Notes under the pieces: generated by a model
The model's input: only the letters and a program-made list of their open reading frames with translations
Told to the model about the DNA's origin: nothing
Databases searched by the model: none
From: Rhodothermales bacterium
GTDB lineage: Bacteria > Bacteroidota > Rhodothermia > Rhodothermales > VXPQ01
DNA: 20,517 nucleotides
Assembly (NCBI GenBank): GCA_040904565.1
Contig: JBBDTI010000079.1
Span: 50,262-70,778, forward strand
Direction: 5' to 3'
Translations under genes and position numbers: made by a program
Shown here: in pieces, positions 20,237-20,517 of the stretch
Layout: every line of letters starts with the position of its first letter
Numbering within the stretch: the first letter of the stretch is position 1

Positions 20237-20517
20237 ATGGATGATGCCGCCGAGATCGGTGCAGCGGACGAAAACCGGTGGGCCGATCTCACGCTTTCGA
20301 TGCCTCAGTTGATGCGGCGTGTGGGACGATGGGTTGTGCCGATCACCGTGTGTTGCTTTCTTCCCTATCTTCTCGTGTGGGGTTGGCCCGATCTACCGGA
20401 ATGGCGCGGGCTCGGCCCAACGGTCCTTGATATCCTGATCGGGACGCTCGTCGCACTTCTCTTATACGCTGTCAGCGCCTTCGTTCACGAAGCGCTGCAC
20501 ATCGCAGCGATGGTGAT
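20237..20517 (+). CDS. Membrane protein with HExxH (DUF3267/M50-like putative zinc peptidase), running off the window end
   Basis: Not in the ORF track. Hand translation from ATG 20237: MDDAAEIGAADENRWADLTLS...LPYLLVWGWP...LLLYAVSAFVHEALHIAAMV, two hydrophobic segments then HEALH. Confidence 0.72.
   Translation, partial: MDDAAEIGAADENRWADLTLSMPQLMRRVGRWVVPITVCCFLPYLLVWGWPDLPEWRGLGPTVLDILIGTLVALLLYAVSAFVHEALHIAAMV

Overview
GC-rich bacterial DNA. A Rhodothermota/FCB-like origin is my inference, from the tandem-USP clusters, a WD40-Omp85 protein and signal peptides followed by Gln. The left 12 kb is a stress/hypoxia-type cluster: an LDH-family dehydrogenase, a broken DUF6544-like gene, a CBS-pair protein, five tandem-domain universal stress proteins (USPs), a P2A-type cation ATPase, a small orphan ORF and a YceI protein. 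Several of its intergenic regions share a degenerate 16-bp palindrome (about TCAGGG-N4-CCCTAC), and one holds a roughly 300-nt densely base-paired stretch that may be an ncRNA. The right part encodes a gluzincin-peptidase/PD40/Omp85 fusion, a likely inactive DUF559-like nuclease, an amt-glnK operon with an atypical P-II, a PQQ sugar/sorbosone dehydrogenase, an aldo-keto reductase and the start of an HExxH membrane protein. I see no tRNA, rRNA, CRISPR array or transposase. All family calls come from recognising motifs by eye; no searches were run.
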